A stretch of 25,187 nucleotides of DNA from a virus (IMGVR_UViG_3300037963_001401:1-25187); one strand, 5' to 3'. Positions 7,353-16,212 are shown, counted from the first letter of the stretch. Made by a program: numbers and translations. The notes: generated by a model not told the origin, from the letters alone.

Positions 7353-7431
7353 AGTTCTTTTTTTTACACCAATTAAAACAAATAGCCTTATTAGTTAGTT
7401 TATAAATCCAAGTACAAATTAATTTTTTCAT
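7345..7431 (-). CDS. 28-aa cationic four-Cys peptide (not in ORF track)
   Basis: MKKLICTWIYKLTNKAICFNWCKKKNCG; A-rich leader, overlaps next ORF. Confidence 0.55.
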   Translation of the reverse strand: MKKLICTWIYKLTNKAICFNWCKKKNCG

Positions 7432-7461
7432 TTATTTAATTCTTAATAGTTAGCAATTATA

Positions 7462-7857
7462 TTATTTTTTTTTCACCTTTTCATAGCTCCTTCCACCAAA
7501 ATATGCACCAATGACTGTTAATAACGTAATTTGAAGAAGGTTTATCCAACTTGGCTCAACTATAAAACTAATCACTCCTCCATCAATAAAGATTAGAATA
7601 ATAGTAGAAACTACTAAAAAAATTAGCACCATTGGTCTGATGTTTTTACTTAGCCATGAATCACTTTGCATATCAAACTTCCATCTTTCAGAAACTTCTT
7701 TTTGCATTTGAGCTTCATAGCCCATAATCATATCCTTTAACTTTTGCTTCGCTTCTAATCTTTCTTCATCTGTTGTTGTTAGATTATCAACTACATCTCC
7801 CACGTTTTTAATAAGCTCTCCAGTTCCTGAGCTAAATATTTTTCCAAGTATTGACAT
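7462..7857 (-). CDS. holin (3TM 'GTA holin'-like family)
   Basis: TTDEERLEAK, DMQSDSWLSKNIRP, C-terminal TMs, AYFGGRSYEK. Confidence 0.85.
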   Translation of the reverse strand: MSILGKIFSSGTGELIKNVGDVVDNLTTTDEERLEAKQKLKDMIMGYEAQMQKEVSERWKFDMQSDSWLSKNIRPMVLIFLVVSTIILIFIDGGVISFIVEPSWINLLQITLLTVIGAYFGGRSYEKVKKK

Positions 7858-7858
7858 A

Positions 7859-8266
7859 TTAAAATTTGTTTATCATTAAACCATCTATCACTTTTTGCAC
7901 TTTTTTTGGTGTTCTTCTGGGACATAATTGAAAACTTATATTCCCCTCAAACCTTTTGACCTCCTCTCCATTATTGAAAACAATTAATGTTGGCAACACT
8001 TTGATTTCGTAATTCTCAGCTGTTTCACTTTCCAAATCTATTCGGTAAGTTTTAGCATTTGAAATTTCATCAAGCCAAAAGCATTCATTTTCCTTATTCC
8101 ACTCTGACCAAAACTCTACAACTGTGATTCCTGATTGGCTTTTATTAAAAGTTTTATCAGTTATTAAAGCCTGACCATTACAAGTAATAGAAACTAAAAT
8201 GAGTAGAATTACAAACCCTACATAGATTAGAAAACCTTTCTTTTTTATTTTGTTTTTATCTACCAT
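7859..8266 (-). CDS. exported/membrane-anchored thioredoxin-fold protein lacking CxxC
   Basis: N-terminal basic plus hydrophobic signal; VVEFWSEWN (cf. VDFWAEWC); YEIKVLPTLIVFNNGEEVKRFEG cis-Pro segment. Confidence 0.8.
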   Translation of the reverse strand: MVDKNKIKKKGFLIYVGFVILLILVSITCNGQALITDKTFNKSQSGITVVEFWSEWNKENECFWLDEISNAKTYRIDLESETAENYEIKVLPTLIVFNNGEEVKRFEGNISFQLCPRRTPKKVQKVIDGLMINKF

Positions 8267-8528
8267 AAACCCTATCTTCTATTCTCTCTAATGTTTCTTG
8301 CATATCATTGATATCTTCTTGAGTTTGTAGAATTGTATTTCTAATCAATTCATCTTTTAACTCATATTCTTTTTCTGTTATTATTGGCTTTGGTAATTCC
8401 TTTGCCTCAGCAATATCTGCTTGAAGCGTAAAATACATTGTTGTGACTGCCACAATAGTAGCCCCAACAGTAACCAATGTCTCTAATGTTAATTTAATCT
8501 TTGTTCCTTTTCCAATTTCTGTTGCCAT
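8256..8528 (-). CDS. single-TM protein with C-terminal coiled coil
   Basis: TM LVTVGATIVAVTTMYF, then heptads TQEDINDMQETLERIEDRV. Confidence 0.75.
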   Translation of the reverse strand: MATEIGKGTKIKLTLETLVTVGATIVAVTTMYFTLQADIAEAKELPKPIITEKEYELKDELIRNTILQTQEDINDMQETLERIEDRVYGR

Positions 8529-8531
8529 TTT

Positions 8532-9602
8532 TTATAAAAATAAATAATTAATTCCACTTTTTAATTCATAGTTTTTTATGTTCCAATATCTTTGATATCT
8601 TCCCTCAATAAATAAACCTAATCTCTGATTTAATTTTGTTCCTAAAATCATACCATAGTCAAAGTCCAATATTTGATTGCTCTCCTCTATATTGACATAA
8701 GAATATTCACTAAGTCCATGATGATAAGGCATAATATCCCCCCAAGTATGCAGCCAAAAATTCTTATTATAGTGATAAAAAGCTATCCCCATAACAGCTG
8801 ACAATTCTTGTTGCAATCCTAATCTTTTTAATTCGTTTCTATTATACTCATCAACAGCCCTTCCAAAATGATACTTCATAAACTCCTCATCAGTTTCAGC
8901 AATCATAGTTCCATCAGGAGCAAACCATCTCCAGTTGTAATAATCGTAATAATCATCTACTCCATTTTGCTCTCCATCATAATACCAGTATTGGTCTACA
9001 TATCCTAAGTCATAAGCTATTGACCACCAAGAATCATCAGGAGAAAAATTTTCTTCAAAAGGATTAATCCCATAGACAGGATGTGTTCTATGTTTCAATC
9101 CAGCTGTAAAGTCAAACTTCCATGCCTTAGCTCTTATTCTAAACTCTCCTCCGAAATGTTTTAAATTTATTTCTTGCTTATCTTGATAATCTCCTTTAAT
9201 TAAAAAATAATCAGAAACATATCTGAGCCAATAATTTTGATTCATAAATTCATTCCCTCTATCTCTTATTAATGAAAGCGTTGCATTGTACTCAAATCCA
9301 TCAACTGCTCCAATAGTCGCTGCATGACTTATATTGTTTTCAGTTCCATCATAAAATCTTTTCGCTTTATTCTCATAATCAAATCTGGCAATTTTTCTAA
9401 TACCAAAATTTAATTTGTAATTAAAAGGATTGACAATAGTTATGTCAGTTAATTCTCCAGTCATTCTATCAATCATATAATGATTCTGTTCTGCTAATGG
9501 GGAATTAATTTGTGAGGAGATATAAAAAGTTGAATATTTAAAAAACTGAGCTGAGGCAGTTGTTGTAAATAGTATCAAGAAAAGTAGTATTGTTTTTTTC
9601 AT
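8532..9602 (-). CDS. putative outer-membrane beta-barrel protein
   Basis: Sec signal MKKTILLFLILFTTTASA|Q; many alternating aromatic strands; C-terminal strand YELKSGINYLFL. Confidence 0.65.
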   Translation of the reverse strand: MKKTILLFLILFTTTASAQFFKYSTFYISSQINSPLAEQNHYMIDRMTGELTDITIVNPFNYKLNFGIRKIARFDYENKAKRFYDGTENNISHAATIGAVDGFEYNATLSLIRDRGNEFMNQNYWLRYVSDYFLIKGDYQDKQEINLKHFGGEFRIRAKAWKFDFTAGLKHRTHPVYGINPFEENFSPDDSWWSIAYDLGYVDQYWYYDGEQNGVDDYYDYYNWRWFAPDGTMIAETDEEFMKYHFGRAVDEYNRNELKRLGLQQELSAVMGIAFYHYNKNFWLHTWGDIMPYHHGLSEYSYVNIEESNQILDFDYGMILGTKLNQRLGLFIEGRYQRYWNIKNYELKSGINYLFL

Positions 9603-9603
9603 A

Positions 9604-12600
9604 TTATGTAGCGAGATATCGTTTTAATCTAAAAGTAATCAATCCTCTTAAGTCATAAGTTGAGCCACTCGTTGAATAAATGTGAGGGACAATTATGTCA
9701 TTCGTAGATATTTGTGAAGTGCTTATATTTCTCAGGTCATCAACTTGAGTTCTTGCATCTGAATCTAAAGCAATAGTAAACGACCCCATTAAAGTCATGG
9801 CTGTTTGAGCAGTTGAACCATCAACAGGAGTTGTCTTATAAAGTAGAACATCAGCTGTAACTCCAGTTGTTCCAGAGGCCACACAGCTTCCAGCCTCTAT
9901 AAAATAATTATCATCAGCCACAAATCTTCCTGATTTTATTGCTCTTTGCGTTCCGATATTAGAAGGAGCATTTGCGTTTGTGCTTCCCCATCTTCCAGAT
10001 TTGTTATTGTCCTCCCCATTTGAAACATAATAAGTTCCTGATGATAGATTATCCCCCTCAAATCTAAAGAAAACAGATTCCCTTCCTATACTACCAACTC
10101 CATCAATACTGTTAGCAGTAACAGTCATCCCCCCTATTGTTCCTTTTGTTTTGTGTTGATATTGAGCCACTATGTCCATAGTATTAATACAAAGCAAAGC
10201 TCCAGCTTCTATGTCAGGATAAGCTGAAAAATCATAAGAGCTAATAGTCAAAGAAGTGTCAGAGGCTGCTTGGTCAGCTGCGAGTGTTAATTGAAAAGGA
10301 AAACGACTTACAGTATCAATAAGAACAATAGAATCTCCATTTTTCAACACAGCCTCGCCAATTTCTTCAATAGGAATAGAAGTAACAGAAGCACCAGAGA
10401 TTCTTGAAGATGTTGTTGTGATTACTTGTTCACTTGTTAAAGTTGTAGCCCCAGAAGGAGGAGCAATTAATCTGGCAGAATATCCCCCTCCATTACTTCC
10501 TCCTAAAAATCCTGACTTCCAAATATCTTGAGAAGTTGTTGTGATTGTATTAGTGAAGTTTTTAATCACCCAGCCCTCATAGTCCCACTCATCAAAGGCA
10601 GTATGGAAAGCTCCCCTTCTAAATATATAATAATCAGTTCCATGCTTTAATCTTCCAATAGGATTGATGTAATTCATGTATTCTACTCCTGAAAAGGTAG
10701 TTGTTTTTCCATTTACACTCAAGGCAAGTCGGCCATTAAATATCTGGATGTTTTCTGTTTGCCCTGAGAAAAACTCAGTTGCCAATAATTTTGTGATTGT
10801 GTCTGTTCCTGTTAGTGTTGAAACCCCCCATTTTCCAGAGAATGCTGTTTTTACAAAAGTTGTTCCTCCATCATCTGTAACCATTAAATTTGAATTGTCT
10901 GTAGTTTCATTAGAATCTGCATAGAACAACATCCCAAAATCATATTTTTCAGAATTTTTAGTAGCTACAGTATTTGTTACAATAGAAGCAGTAGAGCCAT
11001 TAGAAGCAGTTGATGAGTTTACTAATTCAAAAGTACCTTCAAAAGGATTTCCCAGCAAACCAGTAAAGACAATTGCTCCAGCTTGATTTGTTGTAACTGT
11101 ATAATTTCCAGAACCTCCAACATCACTTGGAGCATTCCTCCATTGAATACGAGGAGTGACATTAGGTCTTGAATATTGAGGGGTAGAATGCATTTGCCTT
11201 CTGGCATAAAAACCAGTAGAATCCCAGTTCCCAGAAGATGGCCAACTTGCAGCTCCTAACACTAACTCAAAATGCCAAAGGCCAGTAAAAGCAGGGTCGG
11301 TAGGGAAAGTTTCATTGAAAACATTTTGAACTGTAAAAGTTCTGGTAACATTCATAGCCTCAATTAATGGCCTATCTGACATGCTTGGCTCACTATTTAC
11401 CCATTGAAACCCAGAATTTGTCCCAGTACATTCTAAAAATTTTGTTGTTCCTGCATCATTATATGCCTTTACGTAAAACCTTTGCCACCAAGTCATCTCA
11501 ACTGTACTTGCATGTGTGCTGTCATGCTTTGTTTCAATGCTAAAACTTAGCCTCATTTCAGAAGCAGAAGCAGCATCAATTATTGAGTGTTGAGCAACTG
11601 GATTGGAAGTAGGAGTATCAGGATTTGTGAATGAAGTAGGTACATATTCAGGAAAGCCTCCAAAATAATTTTGAGCTCCTCCATAAATCTTAGTTTGTGT
11701 TACTTCTCTTATACTTGGGTAGTGAGTAAATTTTGTTCCTTTTAGAGCCACAATTCCCTCTGGGACTCCATTTGTTAAGTTTGAATTTATCTCTAAATCA
11801 TATCTTGCTAACTGCAATTCGCCAAGATAATTAAAGCCACTCCCTACATCTCCTCCAATATAAGTGTATCTCCTTGTCATTATATTGACTGGAGCTGCTA
11901 AAGTTCCACTTTCATTAGTAGTATATCCATCTATCTGAATAATATAAAAACAATGATTCCAATAAACTAATCTGCACCCCCAAACTTTCATTATTTGTTT
12001 TAAAGTGTCATAACAATTGGTAACAGTAAAAATATCTTGCGTGTCTTTACTGTGAGTCCAAGTCATTTTTGCAGTTGTATTTTTTAAAGGGTCGGTACTT
12101 ACAGTAATAGCTGGATGGCCTTCATTATACCAATTTACAGAACTTGAATACTCCCAGCTCTCAGAAGCTCCCTCAGAAGTAGTTGCCATGTAAGTTCTTC
12201 TTAATAAGTTTCTTATCCAATAATCAAAAGTAGCTGGCCCCCAATTGACATCTCCACTATCATAAGGCCGAGTAGCTGGAGACCCAGCTAACCAATCATC
12301 CACATCAGTCCAATCTTCATCTTTTAATAAAGCAAGTCCATCTGTTGCTGTGATTTCTATATCATAAGGATATCCTACATCTTCTCTGGATGATAAATCC
12401 ATTAAAACAAATCCAGACCATAAAGGAGGAGTTGATGAATATGTTGAAGATGTTGCTTGATATAAATGAATATACACATCTCTCTCTTCCCATTGCTCAT
12501 AAAGTTTATCGACAAGGCTTGTTTCATAAAAAGCAGAAGTAATCACAAGAGGCATTGTTAATGTAGATGATAATATTGGATTATATCTATCTTCTGAATC

Positions 12601-12756
12601 TGTATCGTAATTTATTACAGGGCCACCCTCTCCCACTTTCAGTTCAAAAGTTGAGCCTCCATGTGTTGAATCAAAATCTTCAATCCATATCTCAAAATAA
12701 TAATCAGTTAAATTATAACTTTGATAGCTTCCATAAAATGCTTTGTTTAAAGCCAT
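9604..12756 (-). CDS. tail tip/hub and receptor-binding protein, 1050 aa
   Basis: Directly after tape measure; N-terminal hub-like motifs (LWSGFV, ITATDGLALLKD, LKQIMKVWGCRL); Ser/Thr/Gly-rich beta C-terminal part. Confidence 0.8.
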   Translation of the reverse strand: MALNKAFYGSYQSYNLTDYYFEIWIEDFDSTHGGSTFELKVGEGGPVINYDTDSEDRYNPILSSTLTMPLVITSAFYETSLVDKLYEQWEERDVYIHLYQATSSTYSSTPPLWSGFVLMDLSSREDVGYPYDIEITATDGLALLKDEDWTDVDDWLAGSPATRPYDSGDVNWGPATFDYWIRNLLRRTYMATTSEGASESWEYSSSVNWYNEGHPAITVSTDPLKNTTAKMTWTHSKDTQDIFTVTNCYDTLKQIMKVWGCRLVYWNHCFYIIQIDGYTTNESGTLAAPVNIMTRRYTYIGGDVGSGFNYLGELQLARYDLEINSNLTNGVPEGIVALKGTKFTHYPSIREVTQTKIYGGAQNYFGGFPEYVPTSFTNPDTPTSNPVAQHSIIDAASASEMRLSFSIETKHDSTHASTVEMTWWQRFYVKAYNDAGTTKFLECTGTNSGFQWVNSEPSMSDRPLIEAMNVTRTFTVQNVFNETFPTDPAFTGLWHFELVLGAASWPSSGNWDSTGFYARRQMHSTPQYSRPNVTPRIQWRNAPSDVGGSGNYTVTTNQAGAIVFTGLLGNPFEGTFELVNSSTASNGSTASIVTNTVATKNSEKYDFGMLFYADSNETTDNSNLMVTDDGGTTFVKTAFSGKWGVSTLTGTDTITKLLATEFFSGQTENIQIFNGRLALSVNGKTTTFSGVEYMNYINPIGRLKHGTDYYIFRRGAFHTAFDEWDYEGWVIKNFTNTITTTSQDIWKSGFLGGSNGGGYSARLIAPPSGATTLTSEQVITTTSSRISGASVTSIPIEEIGEAVLKNGDSIVLIDTVSRFPFQLTLAADQAASDTSLTISSYDFSAYPDIEAGALLCINTMDIVAQYQHKTKGTIGGMTVTANSIDGVGSIGRESVFFRFEGDNLSSGTYYVSNGEDNNKSGRWGSTNANAPSNIGTQRAIKSGRFVADDNYFIEAGSCVASGTTGVTADVLLYKTTPVDGSTAQTAMTLMGSFTIALDSDARTQVDDLRNISTSQISTNDIIVPHIYSTSGSTYDLRGLITFRLKRYLAT

Positions 12757-15008
12757 TAGTAACCTCTGTTTCTGTTAATACCTGTTTTGCTGTTTGTTAG
12801 CCATATATCGTTCCCACTTATTCTTCCAAATACTTCCACTTGTTGAACACCACCTCCCATCATGCTTTTTAATTTATCAAGAGGAGCAACAACTTCTGGA
12901 TTTGTATTTGCTCCAGCATACTCTCCCATCAATCCTACTGTTGGGCCACTAATAATTCCCCCATCTGCAAAGGAAGGAATTAAACTATTAAGAGCAGTTC
13001 TTGCAAGTCCAGCAGCAGCTCCAGCAAGAGCTGGAATTAAAAACACAGAGCCAGGAAATGGAGGGATTGAACTAAGAGCTTTAGTAACAGCTGTTGCCAC
13101 CCCCTCAGCAATTAAAGCTCCTATGATGTCTCTGATTGTGTTTTTAACTACGTTTCCATATTCCTCAAAAGAAGAAGCCCCTTGCATTAATGTTTGTTTA
13201 GCTTGTTGGCTGTATTCCATTAATACTTTTTTTGTAATTCCAAAAGTATCAGCCAAAATCTCCATCACAGAAGCTGTGTTTTCCATTGACTCTTGAGCAG
13301 CTAATTGGTCAGCAACAAAGTCCTTACCAAACATTCCGAACCCTCCAGTTTGTTTTTTAGGCTTATCTGTTTTTGGCTTAGTTGTTGTTGTTCCTCCTGT
13401 TGTTCCTCCTCCTAATTCAAAAGGATTGCCTAACAGCCCTAAAGCCTCAGCCAATTCTGTTGCTTGATTTTTCATTGCATCTGCAAAACTTCCGAACTCA
13501 TTTTCATATTCAACAGTTTCATCCTTTAAGTCATCAAGCCCTTCTCTCATCATTTCAAATGGGTCAGGAATAGGATTCCCTCCTAAATAGGTAATCAATC
13601 CATTTACCGATTCAATAAGCGTAGCAATCGGATTGAATTTTATTACCATTCCAACAGCTGTTAATAAAGCATTTCGCCACCATGACCAATCACTTAATCT
13701 CTCTTTAAATGCCTCCCAGTTTTCTATCACAAAAGCAAAACCAACAGCAAAGGCAGCTAATGCTGCAACAGCTAAGCCAACTGGAGATAGTAAAGCAGAA
13801 AAGGCAACTGTTAAACTTCCAACAACTGAAACAATAGGGCCAATAGAAGCAGCAACTAAAGCCATAGTAGTAATAAGATTTTTCATGTCTTGATCTAAAG
13901 AACTCCACCAATTCATAGCTCCTTGTAATTTTTCAAGTCCTTTTAATACTAAAGGCATAACTTGATTACCAATATCTATTAAGACAAGTTTAACTTGATT
14001 CAAAGCTTTTTGGAATTTAAAACCAGCATCAGTTCCTAAAATATCAAAACCTTCTGCAACATTCCCCATTGAGTTGTTCATTCCATCAAGCACATCAGTA
14101 TAAGTTTCTGATTGTAGTCCCATTGTAGAAAGAGCAGCTGTAACAGCTTTTGATGAGCCGAACATTTTTAAAAGCATATCATCTGTGCCTTCAAGTTCGT
14201 TGAATAAGAATTGAAGTGTCCCCATTAAAGATTCATCTAACATTGCAGCTAAATCTCCATATGACATTCCCAGCGTGTCTAATATTTCAACCTGTTCAGC
14301 TGATGGATTCAGAAGTTTCATCATTAATTGATTGATTCCTGTTAATGTCCCAGCAGCATCTCCTGATAATTTTGACATTGTTGCAGCAGCAGCTCCTAAT
14401 TCCTCAAACGATATTCCAGCAGCAGCAGCAGTTGGAATTACTTTTCCGAGCCTTGACATAAACTCTCCAGCCTCAAATTTTCCTTGTTTTAATGTTTCAT
14501 GTAATAAATCTCCAGCTCTTGCAGCATTCATTCCTTCTGACTCATAAGCCTTCATAATAGAAGTCAATGCAGAGCCAATGGCTGTCATTTCTCCCATTTG
14601 CATTGCAGCACCTTTGGCTGATATTTCTAAGGCTTCTATTGCCTCTTGACCTGATAATCCAGCTGATGTGATAAAGAATAATCCTTCTGCTAATTGGTCA
14701 GCTGCAACTCCAGTTGTTGCTGATAGTGATAAAACATCTTTTTCATAGGCTTTTAGTTCCTCAGCACTTGCCCCAACAAGTGTTCTTATTTTGGTCATTG
14801 ATGTCCCAAAGTCAGCTGCCATTTTAACTCCAGCTGCTCCAATTCCGAGAATAGGCATTGTGATATTAGTAGTCAATGAGCTACCAATATTTTTCATAGT
14901 TTTTCCGAATCTTCTAACTTTGGTCTGAGCTTTTTTCATTGCTCTATCAAAGCCTTGCATATTAGCTCCGAAATTAAATGTTAAAAATCCAACTGCCTTA
15001 TTTGCCAT
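12756..15008 (-). CDS. tail tape measure protein (TP901 family core)
   Basis: IGSSLTTNITMPILGIG, Ala-rich helical repeats, FADGGIISGPT..GEYAG..PEVVAPL C-terminus. Confidence 0.95.
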   Translation of the reverse strand: MANKAVGFLTFNFGANMQGFDRAMKKAQTKVRRFGKTMKNIGSSLTTNITMPILGIGAAGVKMAADFGTSMTKIRTLVGASAEELKAYEKDVLSLSATTGVAADQLAEGLFFITSAGLSGQEAIEALEISAKGAAMQMGEMTAIGSALTSIMKAYESEGMNAARAGDLLHETLKQGKFEAGEFMSRLGKVIPTAAAAGISFEELGAAAATMSKLSGDAAGTLTGINQLMMKLLNPSAEQVEILDTLGMSYGDLAAMLDESLMGTLQFLFNELEGTDDMLLKMFGSSKAVTAALSTMGLQSETYTDVLDGMNNSMGNVAEGFDILGTDAGFKFQKALNQVKLVLIDIGNQVMPLVLKGLEKLQGAMNWWSSLDQDMKNLITTMALVAASIGPIVSVVGSLTVAFSALLSPVGLAVAALAAFAVGFAFVIENWEAFKERLSDWSWWRNALLTAVGMVIKFNPIATLIESVNGLITYLGGNPIPDPFEMMREGLDDLKDETVEYENEFGSFADAMKNQATELAEALGLLGNPFELGGGTTGGTTTTKPKTDKPKKQTGGFGMFGKDFVADQLAAQESMENTASVMEILADTFGITKKVLMEYSQQAKQTLMQGASSFEEYGNVVKNTIRDIIGALIAEGVATAVTKALSSIPPFPGSVFLIPALAGAAAGLARTALNSLIPSFADGGIISGPTVGLMGEYAGANTNPEVVAPLDKLKSMMGGGVQQVEVFGRISGNDIWLTNSKTGINRNRGY

Positions 15009-15351
15009 GTTCTTCCATCTTTTTAATGTATTCTGCTCTTGCTTTTAATTTTTCAAAATCAACCTCACTTTTTTTCTTATCCCATTCAAACTCAATTAAA
15101 TCTTTTGGCTTTAGAGTTTTCGCTTTTGGCAGCTGAATGTTCAATAAATAAGTAGTTTGCCATCTTATCCTTTCCCATTCTTGTTTTTGCCTTTGATTTT
15201 CTAACTCATAAAACCCATCCATCTTAATCCAAAAGTGCTTAGGCAAATAATCATAAAACTCCTCAACTCCCATTCCTAACTGCCCAAACGCTATGCTTTC
15301 CAATTCACGCCAACTAAAAGATTTTTTTATTTCTTCTTGTTGGCCTTCTGC
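14998..15351 (-). CDS. tail assembly chaperone, C-terminal (gpT-like) part reached by -1 frameshift
   Basis: Frame is open from the slippery site through TTG 15303; GQLGMGVEEFYDYLP and WERIRWQ motifs. Confidence 0.8.
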   Translation of the reverse strand, partial: AEGQQEEIKKSFSWRELESIAFGQLGMGVEEFYDYLPKHFWIKMDGFYELENQRQKQEWERIRWQTTYLLNIQLPKAKTLKPKDLIEFEWDKKKSEVDFEKLKARAEYIKKMEEHGK

Positions 15352-15659
15352 TTTTTTTCCTTACCTCCCATTTGCTCTGACAAAACCTCCATACATCTTC
15401 CAATTGAATCAAAGTCCTCATCAATTAAGTCAGCCAAATCATCAATCGTTAATTCGCAATGTTGTTTCGCTGCCCTATAACCATCTTCAATTCCACAATG
15501 GATTAAAGTCAAAGCTCCATCTAAACTCATCTCTTGTCCCAGTTTGTCCAAGTCCTGTAAACTTGTATCTGTTTTTGCACTATATTTTCTTAGTGCATTA
15601 AAGCCAAATTTGATAGGATGTTTTTCATCTCCTATTTCTACAAATGTATATTTCTTCAT
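15327..15659 (-). CDS. tail assembly chaperone (gpG-like)
   Basis: Between tail tube and tape measure; IKFGFNAL motif; ends with slippery site. Confidence 0.85.
   Translation of the reverse strand: MKKYTFVEIGDEKHPIKFGFNALRKYSAKTDTSLQDLDKLGQEMSLDGALTLIHCGIEDGYRAAKQHCELTIDDLADLIDEDFDSIGRCMEVLSEQMGGKEKKQKANKKK
15351..15357 (-). other. -1 programmed ribosomal frameshift site A AAA AAG
   Basis: GAA AAA AAG in gpG frame; -1 frame reads AEGQQEEIKKSFSWRELESIAF into the downstream ORF. Confidence 0.85.
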
Positions 15660-15673
15660 TTTGTTTGTTTTTT

Positions 15674-15730
15674 AAAAAGGTTTGCGAGGGAGCAAAACAA
15701 ACTAAACAAGATTGCTCCCCCACTCTCCTT
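15674..15730 (-). terminator. stem-loop after tail tube gene (terminator or attenuator-like)
   Basis: Minus strand GTGGGGGAGCAA-16 nt loop-TTGCTCCCTCGC, then AAACCTTTTT. Confidence 0.6.
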
Positions 15731-15739
15731 AAATTATTA

Positions 15740-16186
15740 CTAAGCTACTGTTTGCTGTAATCCTCCAGTCCCTTCAAAACTCATTGAATAAGTCGCTGTA
15801 TCTTCAGTACCCCCTGTAATAGAAACACTTGTTAAAAATACACTTCCTTGATAATCAATGTCTCCTGTTGCTCCTCCTGTATTTCCAAACTTTATTGTAA
15901 AAGCCTCTCTTGTGTTCGGCCCTAAATCTAATAAGTATTTGAAAAACAAATCATCAGCTCCATTTGATAAAGCTGAGCCAGAAGCATCTGTCCACGCATA
16001 AGCTCCATCTATATCAATACTCCATTCTCTCAATCCTTCTAAAGATTCTTTAAATCCTCCACTTTGTTTGTTAGTGATGTCTCTTGTACTCATTGAAAAA
16101 TTTAATGTTCCACTTTGAGCAAAAGCCACTAAGATACCAGAAGATGAGTCATATACTCTGATATCTGTTCCATTTAATATTGCCAT
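15740..16186 (-). CDS. major tail tube protein (TP901-1-like)
   Basis: LNGTDI, RDITNKQSGGFKESLEGLREWSID, ATYSMSFEGTG. Confidence 0.9.
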   Translation of the reverse strand: MAILNGTDIRVYDSSSGILVAFAQSGTLNFSMSTRDITNKQSGGFKESLEGLREWSIDIDGAYAWTDASGSALSNGADDLFFKYLLDLGPNTREAFTIKFGNTGGATGDIDYQGSVFLTSVSITGGTEDTATYSMSFEGTGGLQQTVA

Positions 16187-16212
16187 TTTTTTACGTTTTT
16201 ATTAATTAATAT

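Noticed and set aside
7859-8266. Lipoprotein o-spanin call for the Trx-like protein
   Set aside because: SITC is a poor lipobox, CNG|Q fits signal peptidase I better, and the body is a thioredoxin fold; not fully excluded without SignalP
13705-13911. Cys-rich minus-strand ORF inside the tape measure (similarly 11022-11207 and 23920-24105)
   Set aside because: Alternative-frame product of GCT/GTT-rich Ala/Val codons; no initiation signal
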